Assembly: GCA_041695045.1 (NCBI GenBank)
Contig: JBGFRR010000074.1
Location: 42,776-106,775, forward strand
DNA length: 64,000 bases
Origin: Bacteroidota bacterium
GTDB lineage: Bacteria > Bacteroidota > Ignavibacteria > UBA10030
Reading direction: 5' to 3'
Made by a program: the position numbers and the translations under genes. Positions 19,451 to 28,737 of this stretch are shown one piece after another. The stretch's first letter is position 1; the number at the start of each line of letters is the position of its first letter. The notes beneath the pieces were generated by a model. The model worked only from the letters and a program-made list of their open reading frames with translations, had not been told where the DNA came from and did no database searches.

Positions 19451-20935
19451 TTGACCGACACCGTCTCCCCCCTCCAGCCGATACCGGTGCGCTCTGTTGC
19501 GCGCAACACGGTTCTTCTGTTTGGCCTCCAAGTCTTTGCTCGGTTCCTCAATTTCATTGCAACGATTCTCCTTGCGAACTACCTCGGCACGGAGCTCTTC
19601 GGCACGTACAATTATGCTCTCGCGCTTACCACCCTCTTCGTCCCTCTTGCCGACCTCGGCATGGATACATTTTTCCTGCGTGAGATCCCACGGCGCGTCC
19701 GCGAAGAGACGTCTACGTTGCTCGGCTCCGTCTTGTTGTCTAAGGCTGGCATTACCTTCATCGTCCTCATCTTCATCACGATCGTCGCATCGTCGCTCGA
19801 ACCGATCGGCTCGGAGCGCTTCGGCTACATCCTGCTTGCCGGTGGCGTCGTGTTGTTGCGGGCGTATTGGAACACGTTCAGTTCACTCTTACGCGGGCTG
19901 GATCGCGTGCGGGATGAAACATGGATGTTTTCTCTCACGCGCATTCTCGAATTCGCCGGTATCCTTGCCGCACTCCTCTCGAACGCAGACCTCTCCACCG
20001 TACTTGCCTTGATGCTCATGATGAACGGTGTGGCGGTCGCGCTCACGATCGCCGTTGTGCGAGGACGCTTCATCCCGATCGCCATCGACCGGCGTCGCAC
20101 AACGCTTGTGGCCGTGATTCGCGGCGGACTTCCCTTTGCACTTGCCAGTATCTTCACGAACATCTATTTTCACTTTGACACGGTTCTTCTGGCGAAGATG
20201 ATCGGCGATCATGCCGCAGGCACCTACCGCGCCGCCTATAATCTGGTTATTCCACTGTTGATGGTTTCCGGCGCGATTTCAGCGGCGGCGTTTCCTTTCC
20301 TCAGCCAGAATTTTCGCTCCCAACCCGAGGTCGTTGGCCGTGTCATCCAAACGAGCATACGCCTTCTCACGATGGTGTCCATCCCCACAGCCATCATCAC
20401 GACGTTCGTTGCGCCGGACATTATCGCGTTCCTCTTTGCGCCCGAGTTCGCCGAAGCCGCGACGACGCTTGCCATCGTCATTTGGTTCCTCCCCATCGGT
20501 TTCCTGACAAACTTTTTCGGCCACGCGCTCGGAGCGATGGACGACCAACCGTTCGTCCTGCGTGTGAACACCGTGAATCTCAGCTTCAACGTCGTGGCGA
20601 ACATTATCTTCATCCCCCTCTACGCGCAAACGGCAGCGGCTGTCATTACAGTCGCCACGGAGTTGATCGGACTTTCCTTGCTCTATCCACGCATCAGAAA
20701 ACGTATGTCCGCCTCGCCGGAGATATCACGATTCTTCAAGATGGGCCTTGCCGGCATGTTGCTGGTCCCGTATCTGCTTTACCGACCTGAGATTCACGTC
20801 CTGTTGAACCTCGCGATCGGCCTCGTGATCTACGGTGTGTCGCTGGTAGTGCTTCGCGCAGTAACGCCAAAGGAATTTCTCAATCTGGTATTGCTGAGGA
20901 TGATCCGACAACCGCAAGAGTCCGTCCAGCGTTGA
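19451..20935 (+). CDS. Polysaccharide/oligosaccharide flippase (Wzx/PST family, MOP superfamily)
   Basis: 494-aa polytopic membrane protein with about 12-14 TM segments, N-terminal LLFGLQVFARFLNFIATILLANYLG, typical of PST-family flippases. Confidence 0.8.
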   Translation: MTDTVSPLQPIPVRSVARNTVLLFGLQVFARFLNFIATILLANYLGTELFGTYNYALALTTLFVPLADLGMDTFFLREIPRRVREETSTLLGSVLLSKAGITFIVLIFITIVASSLEPIGSERFGYILLAGGVVLLRAYWNTFSSLLRGLDRVRDETWMFSLTRILEFAGILAALLSNADLSTVLALMLMMNGVAVALTIAVVRGRFIPIAIDRRRTTLVAVIRGGLPFALASIFTNIYFHFDTVLLAKMIGDHAAGTYRAAYNLVIPLLMVSGAISAAAFPFLSQNFRSQPEVVGRVIQTSIRLLTMVSIPTAIITTFVAPDIIAFLFAPEFAEAATTLAIVIWFLPIGFLTNFFGHALGAMDDQPFVLRVNTVNLSFNVVANIIFIPLYAQTAAAVITVATELIGLSLLYPRIRKRMSASPEISRFFKMGLAGMLLVPYLLYRPEIHVLLNLAIGLVIYGVSLVVLRAVTPKEFLNLVLLRMIRQPQESVQR

Positions 20936-20944
20936 CGAAAACCC

Positions 20945-22072
20945 ATGCGCATCGCAATCGACGGAAGAACGATCGTAGATCAACGCACCGGTGTAGGCAC
21001 GTACGCCGAGCGCATTATCCGCAGTCTCACGCGCATCGACACACAGAACGAATACCTGCTCTTCCTGGTCGAGCCAAACCCTCAGCTCGCTGCGCCACAA
21101 CTCCAGTCCATCCTGATTCCCGGCTACGACAAGATAGGGAGAAACCGATGGTGGGAGAATATGATGCTCCCTGCATTCCTTCGGAAGAACGCAGTTGATA
21201 TCTTGTTTTCCCCTGCATACGCACTTCCTCTTTTCCGCAAGCCCTCAGCCACTCGTTATGTTGTGACCATTCACGACCTCATCGCATTCGTCCACCCCGA
21301 ATCCTTCACGCCGAAAATGCGGCTGTGGCAAAAGCTCTTCGTCAGGAATGCAGCACGGATGGCGGACCGCGTGATTGCCGTTTCGCATCGTACGAAGGAC
21401 GACTTGCTCCGTTTTACTTCACTCCAGAGTGAAAGGATTAGCGTCATCCACAATGCCGTCGACGATGTCTTTCACCCAATTCGAGATGCTGCCGCGCTCG
21501 AGAACGTGCGTCGACAATACAACCTTCCGGGCGAGTTCATTCTTCATGTTGGCACAATTGAACCTCGAAAGAATCTTGTTGCCCTCGTGCAATCGTACGC
21601 GCTGCTCCCCAATCATCTCAGAGACCGATACGCGCTGGTGCTTGCTGGTGGGAAAGGTTGGTACGACAAACACATTATCGCTGACATCGAGCGATCGGGC
21701 CTGCATGAGCGTGTCCACTTCACCGGATTTGTCGAGCATAACGATTTGCCTGCATTGTATGCTCTCGCAACGCTCTTCGTCTACCCATCATTGTACGAAG
21801 GATTCGGGTATCCGCCGTTAGAAGCCATGGCATGCGGTACCCCGGTCATCACGTCCAATCGCTCATCGTTGCCCGAAGTAACGGGAGAGGCGGCTCTGCT
21901 CGTCGACCCGAAAAACACTCACGAGATTGCGCAGGCAATGACATCGCTTCTTACCGACGAACAGCAGCGTGAGGACCTGCGTGAACGAGGATTGAAACGA
22001 GCGGCTGAATTTCGATGGGATCAGTGTGCGAGGAACACGCTGCGTGTGTTTGAGGAGGTCGTTCGAAGCTAA
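20945..22072 (+). CDS. Glycosyltransferase family 4 (GT-B, retaining)
   Basis: 375 aa. C-terminal GT1/GT4 domain with the EGFGYPPLEAMACGTPVI motif. Confidence 0.85.
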   Translation: MRIAIDGRTIVDQRTGVGTYAERIIRSLTRIDTQNEYLLFLVEPNPQLAAPQLQSILIPGYDKIGRNRWWENMMLPAFLRKNAVDILFSPAYALPLFRKPSATRYVVTIHDLIAFVHPESFTPKMRLWQKLFVRNAARMADRVIAVSHRTKDDLLRFTSLQSERISVIHNAVDDVFHPIRDAAALENVRRQYNLPGEFILHVGTIEPRKNLVALVQSYALLPNHLRDRYALVLAGGKGWYDKHIIADIERSGLHERVHFTGFVEHNDLPALYALATLFVYPSLYEGFGYPPLEAMACGTPVITSNRSSLPEVTGEAALLVDPKNTHEIAQAMTSLLTDEQQREDLRERGLKRAAEFRWDQCARNTLRVFEEVVRS

Positions 22073-22078
22073 GGACGC

Positions 22079-23290
22079 TTACGGGCGGGACGCATTGATG
22101 GTGTTCAACGCCGTCGAAAGGTCTTTATCCCCGCGGCCTGAGAGGTTAACGACAGTAAGTGAATTCTTCGGACCGGGATTCTTCATCACATACGCAATCG
22201 CATGAGCCGACTCCAACGCAGGAATAATCCCCTCCTGTCGTGAAAGCAATTGAAATGCCTCCAGGGCCTCCGAATCCGTCGCCGACGTGTATTTCACAAG
22301 CTCCTTGTCCCTGAGGTACGAATGCTCGGGGCCAACTCCCGGGTAATCAAGACCCGCAGAGATTGAATGCGCCTGTTGCACCTGACCATGTTCATCCTGC
22401 AACACGTACTGCAGAGATCCATGCAGCACGCCGGGCTTACCGCGTGAGAGCGAAGCGGCATGACGACCGGTGTCAAGCCCCAACCCCGCAGCCTCAACCC
22501 CGATCAGCTTCACCGTGTCAGAATCCGGGAGAAAGGGATAGAATATTCCGATCGCGTTGCTTCCGCCCCCCACGCACGCCACAATCCGATCCGGCAAGCG
22601 GCCCGCGGCTGACAGAATCTGTTCACGCGTCTCCCTACCGATGATGCTCTGGAAATCCCGTACCATCATCGGATACGGGTGCATACCGACGACGGAGCCG
22701 ATGATGTAGAACGTTGAATCGACGTTTGTCGCCCAATCGCGAATCGCCTCGCTGGTTGCGTCTTTCAGCGTTCGGCTTCCGCTCGTAACGCTGCGCACCT
22801 CGGCGCCGAGCAACTGCATGCGCGCCACATTCGGCGCCTGACGCTGCATGTCTTCTCCCCCCATGTACACAACACACTCGAGCCCGAACAACGCGCACAC
22901 CGTTGCGACCGCAACGCCGTGTTGGCCGGCGCCCGTTTCCGCAATGATACGTTGTTTCCCCATTCGCCGCGCAAGCAGTATCTGGCCAATCGTATTGTTG
23001 ATCTTATGCGCTCCGGTGTGGCAAAGGTCTTCACGCTTGAGATACATCGTTGCACCACTGAGATGCTCGGAAAGACGCGCTGCATGATACAGCGGCGTCG
23101 GCCTTCCGACGAAGTGCTGAAGGTAATACCGAAACTCCTGCTGAAATTCCTCATCATGCTTTAGCCGCTCGTATGCGCGAGTCAGTTCCTCCGACGCCGG
23201 CATCAGCGTTTCGGGAATGTAGCGACCACCATAGACGCCGAAGTGGCCGTGGTCATCAGGGACGGTTTCGACCGTTGGCTTGACGTTCAT
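22079..23290 (-). CDS. trpB: Tryptophan synthase beta chain
   Basis: 403 aa. PLP-dependent fold with the HTGAHKINN lysine motif and GGGSNAIG. Confidence 0.95.
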   Translation of the reverse strand: MNVKPTVETVPDDHGHFGVYGGRYIPETLMPASEELTRAYERLKHDEEFQQEFRYYLQHFVGRPTPLYHAARLSEHLSGATMYLKREDLCHTGAHKINNTIGQILLARRMGKQRIIAETGAGQHGVAVATVCALFGLECVVYMGGEDMQRQAPNVARMQLLGAEVRSVTSGSRTLKDATSEAIRDWATNVDSTFYIIGSVVGMHPYPMMVRDFQSIIGRETREQILSAAGRLPDRIVACVGGGSNAIGIFYPFLPDSDTVKLIGVEAAGLGLDTGRHAASLSRGKPGVLHGSLQYVLQDEHGQVQQAHSISAGLDYPGVGPEHSYLRDKELVKYTSATDSEALEAFQLLSRQEGIIPALESAHAIAYVMKNPGPKNSLTVVNLSGRGDKDLSTALNTINASRP

Positions 23291-23937
23291 GGTTCCTCGC
23301 TGTCGCTTTGGAACGAAAGGGCTACGCTCTTCGCTCGTGCAATGAACAAACGAACTTTTTCGGGGTCCTTCTTACCCGGTTTCGCCTCCACCCCACTGCT
23401 CACATCGACTCCGTAGGGACGAACGAACCGTACGGCCACCTCGACATTCTCCGGCGTGAGTCCGCCGGCGAGGATGACACGCCCATACTCCTTCGCTCGC
23501 ACGGCGATGTTCCAATCGAATGTCTTGCCGGTTCCGCCATAGCTGCCTTCCCGACGCGCATCGAGCAAGAACGCATCGACAATGTAGTTCCGCATCGCCT
23601 CAACGTCAAAATCGGGACCGACGCGAAACACCTTGATGGCACTGACTTCATAGTCCACGAGATCATCCGGCCCCTCATTGCCATGCAACTGCACGGCGCT
23701 TAGCCTGGCGGTACGAATCACCTGGCGGATATACGACCGCGGTGCATCGACAAACACTCCGATCTTGGAGACATGCTCAGGCATTGCAGCAATGATGGTC
23801 GCAGCATGTTCAGGCTCAATGTAGCGGGGACTTTGCGTGAAGAAATTAAAGCCAAGCGCATCGGCTCCACAGCGCACGGCAAGCTCGGCGTCCTCCACAT
23901 TGGTGATGCCACATATTTTGACGAAAAGCTCCTGCAT
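23287..23937 (-). CDS. trpF: Phosphoribosylanthranilate isomerase
   Basis: [33 protein letters not shown] is a TrpF TIM-barrel signature. Start chosen at MQELF. Confidence 0.88.
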   Translation of the reverse strand: MQELFVKICGITNVEDAELAVRCGADALGFNFFTQSPRYIEPEHAATIIAAMPEHVSKIGVFVDAPRSYIRQVIRTARLSAVQLHGNEGPDDLVDYEVSAIKVFRVGPDFDVEAMRNYIVDAFLLDARREGSYGGTGKTFDWNIAVRAKEYGRVILAGGLTPENVEVAVRFVRPYGVDVSSGVEAKPGKKDPEKVRLFIARAKSVALSFQSDSEEP

Positions 23938-23938
23938 A

Positions 23939-24715
23939 TCACTCACGAACAAGTTCTTGAAGATACTGCCGGGGGTTGACACTCGTGACAAGGCCTTCAC
24001 CGATCAGCACGGCATCAAAACCCGCCGTGCGAAGGCGCTGCATGTCCTGACGCGTCCGGATGCCGCTCTCACTGACCGTCGTAATGCCCGACGGGACAAG
24101 CTGCCGCACAGTGAGCGAGCGGTCGAGCGAGACTTCAAACGTCTCAAGATCGCGGTTGTTGATGCCGATGATGCGTGGCGAGACATCGAGGGCGTGTTGG
24201 AGTTCCTTCTCCGTGTGAACTTCGATAAGCACATCGAGGCCGAGTTCACCGGCTTGTCGGTAAAGATCAGCAAGCTGGTCGCGAGACAGCGCCTTGACGA
24301 TGAGCAAGATCGCATCAGCGCCAAGCATACGCGACTCATAAATCTGGTACTCATCGATGATGAAATCTTTCCTCAGGATGGGAAGCTCAACTGCTTGCTG
24401 AATGAGCGTAAGGAAATCGTTCCGGCCTTGAAAGAACTCCCGGTCTGTCAGCACCGAGAGCGCGTCGGCTCCGCCTGATTGGTAGTCCTTCGCAATCCCC
24501 ACCGGATCGAATGATTCCCGAAACACGCCGCGGGAAGGAGATGCGTTCTTCACCTCTGCGATGACGGCCAGACGTTCTCTCATGAGCGCCGCACGGAACG
24601 GGCGTGCGTGCGGCATCTCCTCACAGCGCCGCTTGATGTCCACGAGCGGTGCTGAGGCGCTGGCCGCTCCAATCTCTTCTCGTTTCTTCTTCAGTATTGT
24701 GTGTAGAATGCTCAT
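23939..24715 (-). CDS. trpC: Indole-3-glycerol phosphate synthase
   Basis: 258 aa. IAEVKNASPSRG and RKDFIIDEYQIYESR motifs. Confidence 0.93.
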   Translation of the reverse strand: MSILHTILKKKREEIGAASASAPLVDIKRRCEEMPHARPFRAALMRERLAVIAEVKNASPSRGVFRESFDPVGIAKDYQSGGADALSVLTDREFFQGRNDFLTLIQQAVELPILRKDFIIDEYQIYESRMLGADAILLIVKALSRDQLADLYRQAGELGLDVLIEVHTEKELQHALDVSPRIIGINNRDLETFEVSLDRSLTVRQLVPSGITTVSESGIRTRQDMQRLRTAGFDAVLIGEGLVTSVNPRQYLQELVRE

Positions 24716-25563
24716 TCGTTGAGATGTTGCCGTTCGTGTTGACCCGGCGTTCGCCGAAACTTCACTTGCCGGATCCGACGAGCGCTTTTGTTGAGGATCG
24801 TAAAGATCATATTATCGTACCGAATCTCTTCGTGAACGTCCGGTAGTCTCCCCGTCACGGTTTGCAAGAAGCCAGCTACCGTTTCGTACTCGCTCGCATC
24901 CGGAATGGACGCGTTGAACTGCGCGTTGAAGTCATGAATGCTCATCCTCGCGTCCACCACAACAGAACCATCGCTAGCTTGTTCAACCTCCCGCGCAACT
25001 TCATCATACTCATCATGAATCTCGCCGACGATTTCTTCGATGATGTCCTCCATCGTCACTAATCCTTCCGTTCCGCCAAACTCATCAACGACAATCGCCA
25101 TGTGAATTTTCTTCTGCTGGAACTCGCGCAGCAACGCGCTGATCTTCTTTGACTCCGGCACAACATACGCGGGACGAAGAATATCCTGGAGAACAATGAC
25201 GTCCTTATGCTCCATCAAGCTTAAGAGATCTTTGCTGTAGATAATGCCAACGATGTGGTCAATGTCCCCCTTGTAGACGGGAAGGCGGGAATACCCTTGA
25301 TCAAGAACTTTATCGATGATCGCATCTCGCGGCATGCTGATGTCGAGAGCAACGATGTCCGGCCGCGGCACCATGATTTCCTTCACGGTCGTGTCGGTGA
25401 ACTCGAGGATGCTCTTGATCAGCTCGTGCTCGGTTGTATCGAGCGCGCCGCTTCGCGTGCCCGCTTCGAGAACCTGCTTCAGTTCATCCTCGGAAAGCTG
25501 TGCCTTCAGGAGTCCCCACCGAATCAGGAGGTTTTTCAGAAGTTCTTGTATTTTGACCATAAC
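24712..25563 (-). CDS. CBS-pair + CorC/HlyC C-terminal domain protein (CNNM/CorC-like, lacking the DUF21 membrane domain)
   Basis: Tandem CBS domains followed by the transporter-associated CorC_HlyC domain. Embedded between trpD and trpC. Confidence 0.75.
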   Translation of the reverse strand, partial: VMVKIQELLKNLLIRWGLLKAQLSEDELKQVLEAGTRSGALDTTEHELIKSILEFTDTTVKEIMVPRPDIVALDISMPRDAIIDKVLDQGYSRLPVYKGDIDHIVGIIYSKDLLSLMEHKDVIVLQDILRPAYVVPESKKISALLREFQQKKIHMAIVVDEFGGTEGLVTMEDIIEEIVGEIHDEYDEVAREVEQASDGSVVVDARMSIHDFNAQFNASIPDASEYETVAGFLQTVTGRLPDVHEEIRYDNMIFTILNKSARRIRQVKFRRTPGQHERQHLNE

Positions 25564-25568
25564 TGCTT

Positions 25569-26585
25569 TCATCTCCGCGCTGCCTCGATCCAACGATGGA
25601 GTTGCTCCTTGGCCGCTCCGCTCCCAACCGTCTCCCGAGCGCGCTGAACACCGTCTGCGAGCGAATCGACCTTGCCTGCCACATAGACGGCCGCGCCTGC
25701 ATTAAGAATCGCTACATCCGTCGCAGGCCCATTCCTGCCGTCGAGCACGCCTTGCACGATACGAACATTGGCTTCGACGTCTCCACCCCGCAACGCATCG
25801 ACAGACGCTCGACGTAACCCGACCTCCTCAACATTCACTCGGTATGATGTGATCGTGCCATCCTTCAACTCCGTTACCGTCGATACGCCGGCGGTCGAGA
25901 GCTCATCAAGCCCTCCTGCGCCGTGAACAACCAGCGCATGCTGTGAACCGAGCAGACACAACACCTGGGCGATCGGCTCCGTCAAGCTCGGGTCGAACAC
26001 GCCGATAATTTGCCGGCGCGCTCCTGCCGGATTCGTCAGCGGGCCGAGAATGTTGAAGAGCGTGCGCACACCCAACTCTTTGCGTGCATTCATGGCATAC
26101 TTCATCGCGCCGTGTAACAATGGAGCAAACAGAAAGGTAATGCCGATGTCGTTGAGAACTTCTTCTGCTCGCTGAGGCGGAAGCTCGATGTTTACTCCAA
26201 GACCCCGGAGTACGTCCGCGCTTCCGCAACGGCTCGACACCGCTCGATTGCCGTGTTTCGCTACGGGCGCGCCGGCAGCGCTCGCGATAATTGCAGCCGT
26301 CGTCGAAATGTTGAACGTCCCCGCCGCGTCCCCGCCCGTCCCGCATGTATCGATGATGTCGGCATACTTACTTGTAATGCGCGTTGCCTTCTCACGCATC
26401 GCTGCGGCACAGCCCGCGATCTCTTCCACCGTCTCACCTTTGACGTGCAACGCCATCAACAAGCCGGCAATCTGGCTGTCCGTTGCAGCCCCCCTCATAA
26501 TATCGCTCATCGCCGCATGGGCTTCCTCGCGCGAGAGGTTCTCACGTGCGGCAAGTTTGGCAATGGCTTCTTTGATCATAGACAA
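25569..26585 (-). CDS. trpD: Anthranilate phosphoribosyltransferase
   Basis: 338 aa with GTGGDAAGTFNISTTAAI motif and VAKHGNRAVSS. Confidence 0.95.
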   Translation of the reverse strand: MSMIKEAIAKLAARENLSREEAHAAMSDIMRGAATDSQIAGLLMALHVKGETVEEIAGCAAAMREKATRITSKYADIIDTCGTGGDAAGTFNISTTAAIIASAAGAPVAKHGNRAVSSRCGSADVLRGLGVNIELPPQRAEEVLNDIGITFLFAPLLHGAMKYAMNARKELGVRTLFNILGPLTNPAGARRQIIGVFDPSLTEPIAQVLCLLGSQHALVVHGAGGLDELSTAGVSTVTELKDGTITSYRVNVEEVGLRRASVDALRGGDVEANVRIVQGVLDGRNGPATDVAILNAGAAVYVAGKVDSLADGVQRARETVGSGAAKEQLHRWIEAARR

Positions 26586-26588
26586 TGA

Positions 26589-27155
26589 CTACTTGGACGG
26601 CGGAAGTTTCTTTTTCAGTTCTTGATACCGTGCAGTGAAGAGAGTTGCCTCAGTCGGCTCTGCAACTGCATGCTCCGTCAATAGTTTGTTCACATTCTCG
26701 ATGCGATCCTGTGGTAATGGTTGCGTAGAAAGGAGTCGTTCGAAGGCACTCCCCTTTCCACCGCGCGATACCTTCTCGAAAAAATACCGGATCGCTCCGG
26801 GATAGACGTCGATATAGCCGCCGGGCGTGCAGAAGGCATTGACGGTGCTGTCGTCGTGAATCACTTCAAACTGGCAGGCAAAGATATTCTTCCGCTCGAT
26901 AAGCGGCGAAGCGAGAATGCGCTTCCCGACCTCCTCGACAAACGCCTGAATCTCCGGGTGTCCCTGCAAAATGGGGTATTCTTGAGGATTCTTCCGGATC
27001 TCAGCATCGATGTGTTTGCCTAACTCAACGTCTCGAGTTACGGGAAAAATATTGACTCCGGTTGAGCCGACACAGCTGAGCGACGATGTCGCAAAGCCGA
27101 GCACAACCAGCACCGGAACAATGAACACGAACCAGCCGCGCAACAGTTTAATCAT
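26589..27155 (-). CDS. M48/BepA-like lipoprotein with in-frame deletion of the HEXXH catalytic core (degenerate peptidase)
   Basis: N-terminal signal MIKLLRGWFVFIVPVLVVLGFATSSLSC. Residues ...FEVIHDDSTVNAFCTPGGYIDVYPGAIRYF align with the BepA segment preceding HEXXH, then jump directly to FFEKV...LLSTQPLPQDRI, the M48 C-terminal LLTHPxxxxR motif. No HEXXH is present. Confidence 0.55.
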   Translation of the reverse strand: MIKLLRGWFVFIVPVLVVLGFATSSLSCVGSTGVNIFPVTRDVELGKHIDAEIRKNPQEYPILQGHPEIQAFVEEVGKRILASPLIERKNIFACQFEVIHDDSTVNAFCTPGGYIDVYPGAIRYFFEKVSRGGKGSAFERLLSTQPLPQDRIENVNKLLTEHAVAEPTEATLFTARYQELKKKLPPSK

Positions 27156-27894
27156 AGAACACCTCCTCCAGGAACAATCCTTTCGCCGGAGCCGCCATAC
27201 CCGCCGCACGACGCTCCCGAGCGACGATAATACGTTCAAAGTCTTCGTACGGCGTATACCCTCGCCCAACGTCAACCATCGTTCCGACCAACGCCCTCAC
27301 CATCCCGTGCAAGAACCGATTTGCAGTGATGTCGAAAACCACGAGACCATCCTTCTGTATCCATGACGCGTGCTTCACCATACATCGATAGTGATCCACT
27401 TCTGCCTCCACTTTGCAGAAGGATTGAAAGTCGTGTTCACCGACAATTCTCGCTGCACAGGAGTTCATCCACTTGAGACTGAGCGAATACTGCAGCGGCC
27501 ACACAAAGCGCCGCATCACCGCAAGAGGTCGTTGCCCGATAAAATAGCGGTAGCGGCGCGCGACCGCGCTGTAGCGTGCGTGAAAGTGTTCGGGGACTTC
27601 CTCGACACTCAGTACGGCCACGTCGTCGGGAAGCAACGCGTTCATGCTCTTGTGTAGGGCTTCCGGAACAATGGCTTTTTGCGTCTTCACGTTCACTACT
27701 TGGCCGCGAGCGTGGACACCAGAGTCGGTTCTTCCCGCTGCGTATGTCGTTATCTCGTGCTGAAGAATCTGTGCCAGGGCTTTCTCCAGTTCCTCTTGTA
27801 CGGACCGACCGTTGGGTTGGACCTGCCATCCTACAAAGTCGGTGCCATCGTACTCAAGCGTGAGTTTGATGTTCCTCATAACCATCTGGGGCAA
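27148..27894 (-). CDS. truA: tRNA pseudouridine(38-40) synthase
   Basis: 248 aa. TLEYDGTDFVGWQ and GRTDSGVHA catalytic Asp motif. Confidence 0.93.
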   Translation of the reverse strand: MPQMVMRNIKLTLEYDGTDFVGWQVQPNGRSVQEELEKALAQILQHEITTYAAGRTDSGVHARGQVVNVKTQKAIVPEALHKSMNALLPDDVAVLSVEEVPEHFHARYSAVARRYRYFIGQRPLAVMRRFVWPLQYSLSLKWMNSCAARIVGEHDFQSFCKVEAEVDHYRCMVKHASWIQKDGLVVFDITANRFLHGMVRALVGTMVDVGRGYTPYEDFERIIVARERRAAGMAAPAKGLFLEEVFYD

Positions 27895-27945
27895 TAAAAA
27901 ATCCCGCTCGGCTTTGGCGGGATCCTCGGTGTATGGTTCAACATC

Positions 27946-28737
27946 TTACAGCGTCGTTGATATCGTCACCACAATTCCGTGAGCATCCCGTGGGTCGGTG
28001 CCGGCGTTCATTCGCCAGCCTGCCTCCGCACGTACGCCCGCACGAGCTGCTGCGCGTCCCGCGTAGAAGGCAGAAGCCAGCCTGTTGATCACCAACCCTG
28101 CAACGACAAACTTTGCATTCTGGTACATCTGCTCGCTTCGAATTCGCATCGACCGATACTGCCGTCGATGTTCGTCAGAAATCCACCACCAGGCCTGCGA
28201 CGCGTCCGTGTAGAGTTGATCGAATTGACGATTGCGCAGTCTGGCTTGATTGTAGTCATCCACGGTACGGTATTCTCCTATGTTGACAGCAAAGCGATCC
28301 TCTTTGCCGGAGAAATTCGCCTGTGCGTGTTGCGTTGCAAAGCTTCGGGAGTCGGAGCGCAGCCAGTCGCCGCGTGATTTGAACGTCGCATACGTAATCC
28401 ACAGCGTTCCATCTGTAATCAGGAAATACTTGCCCGTCTCAAAATTGCCGACATACCACTCACCGAGTCCTGGGAGAGCAAGTGAGAGAAGAACAGCCAG
28501 CGGAACGGACTTCGATTCCCTTTCGCCCTGTGCTGTGAGGCTGAGATGTGTTTGCCGTCGAACATCTTGCTGTAGCAGGCCTTCCTCAAACGGTAACGTC
28601 ACCTGTCCGTTTGCCGTTGGGATAAGAACCAAGAAGCATATTATAATGCCGGCGAAAGCTTTCACGCAAACACTCCTTCCACCACCCTCACCGGAGGAGG
28701 ACGTACTGCCACGGATGCAGTTGGCAGACCATAGCAA
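27946..28737 (-). CDS. Hypothetical membrane/exported protein
   Basis: ORF downstream of the methylthiotransferase gene with N-terminal hydrophobic segments (GIIICFLVLIPTANG; LAVLLSLALPGLGEWYVG). No recognisable family. Start uncertain. Confidence 0.4.
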   Translation of the reverse strand: MLWSANCIRGSTSSSGEGGGRSVCVKAFAGIIICFLVLIPTANGQVTLPFEEGLLQQDVRRQTHLSLTAQGERESKSVPLAVLLSLALPGLGEWYVGNFETGKYFLITDGTLWITYATFKSRGDWLRSDSRSFATQHAQANFSGKEDRFAVNIGEYRTVDDYNQARLRNRQFDQLYTDASQAWWWISDEHRRQYRSMRIRSEQMYQNAKFVVAGLVINRLASAFYAGRAAARAGVRAEAGWRMNAGTDPRDAHGIVVTISTTL

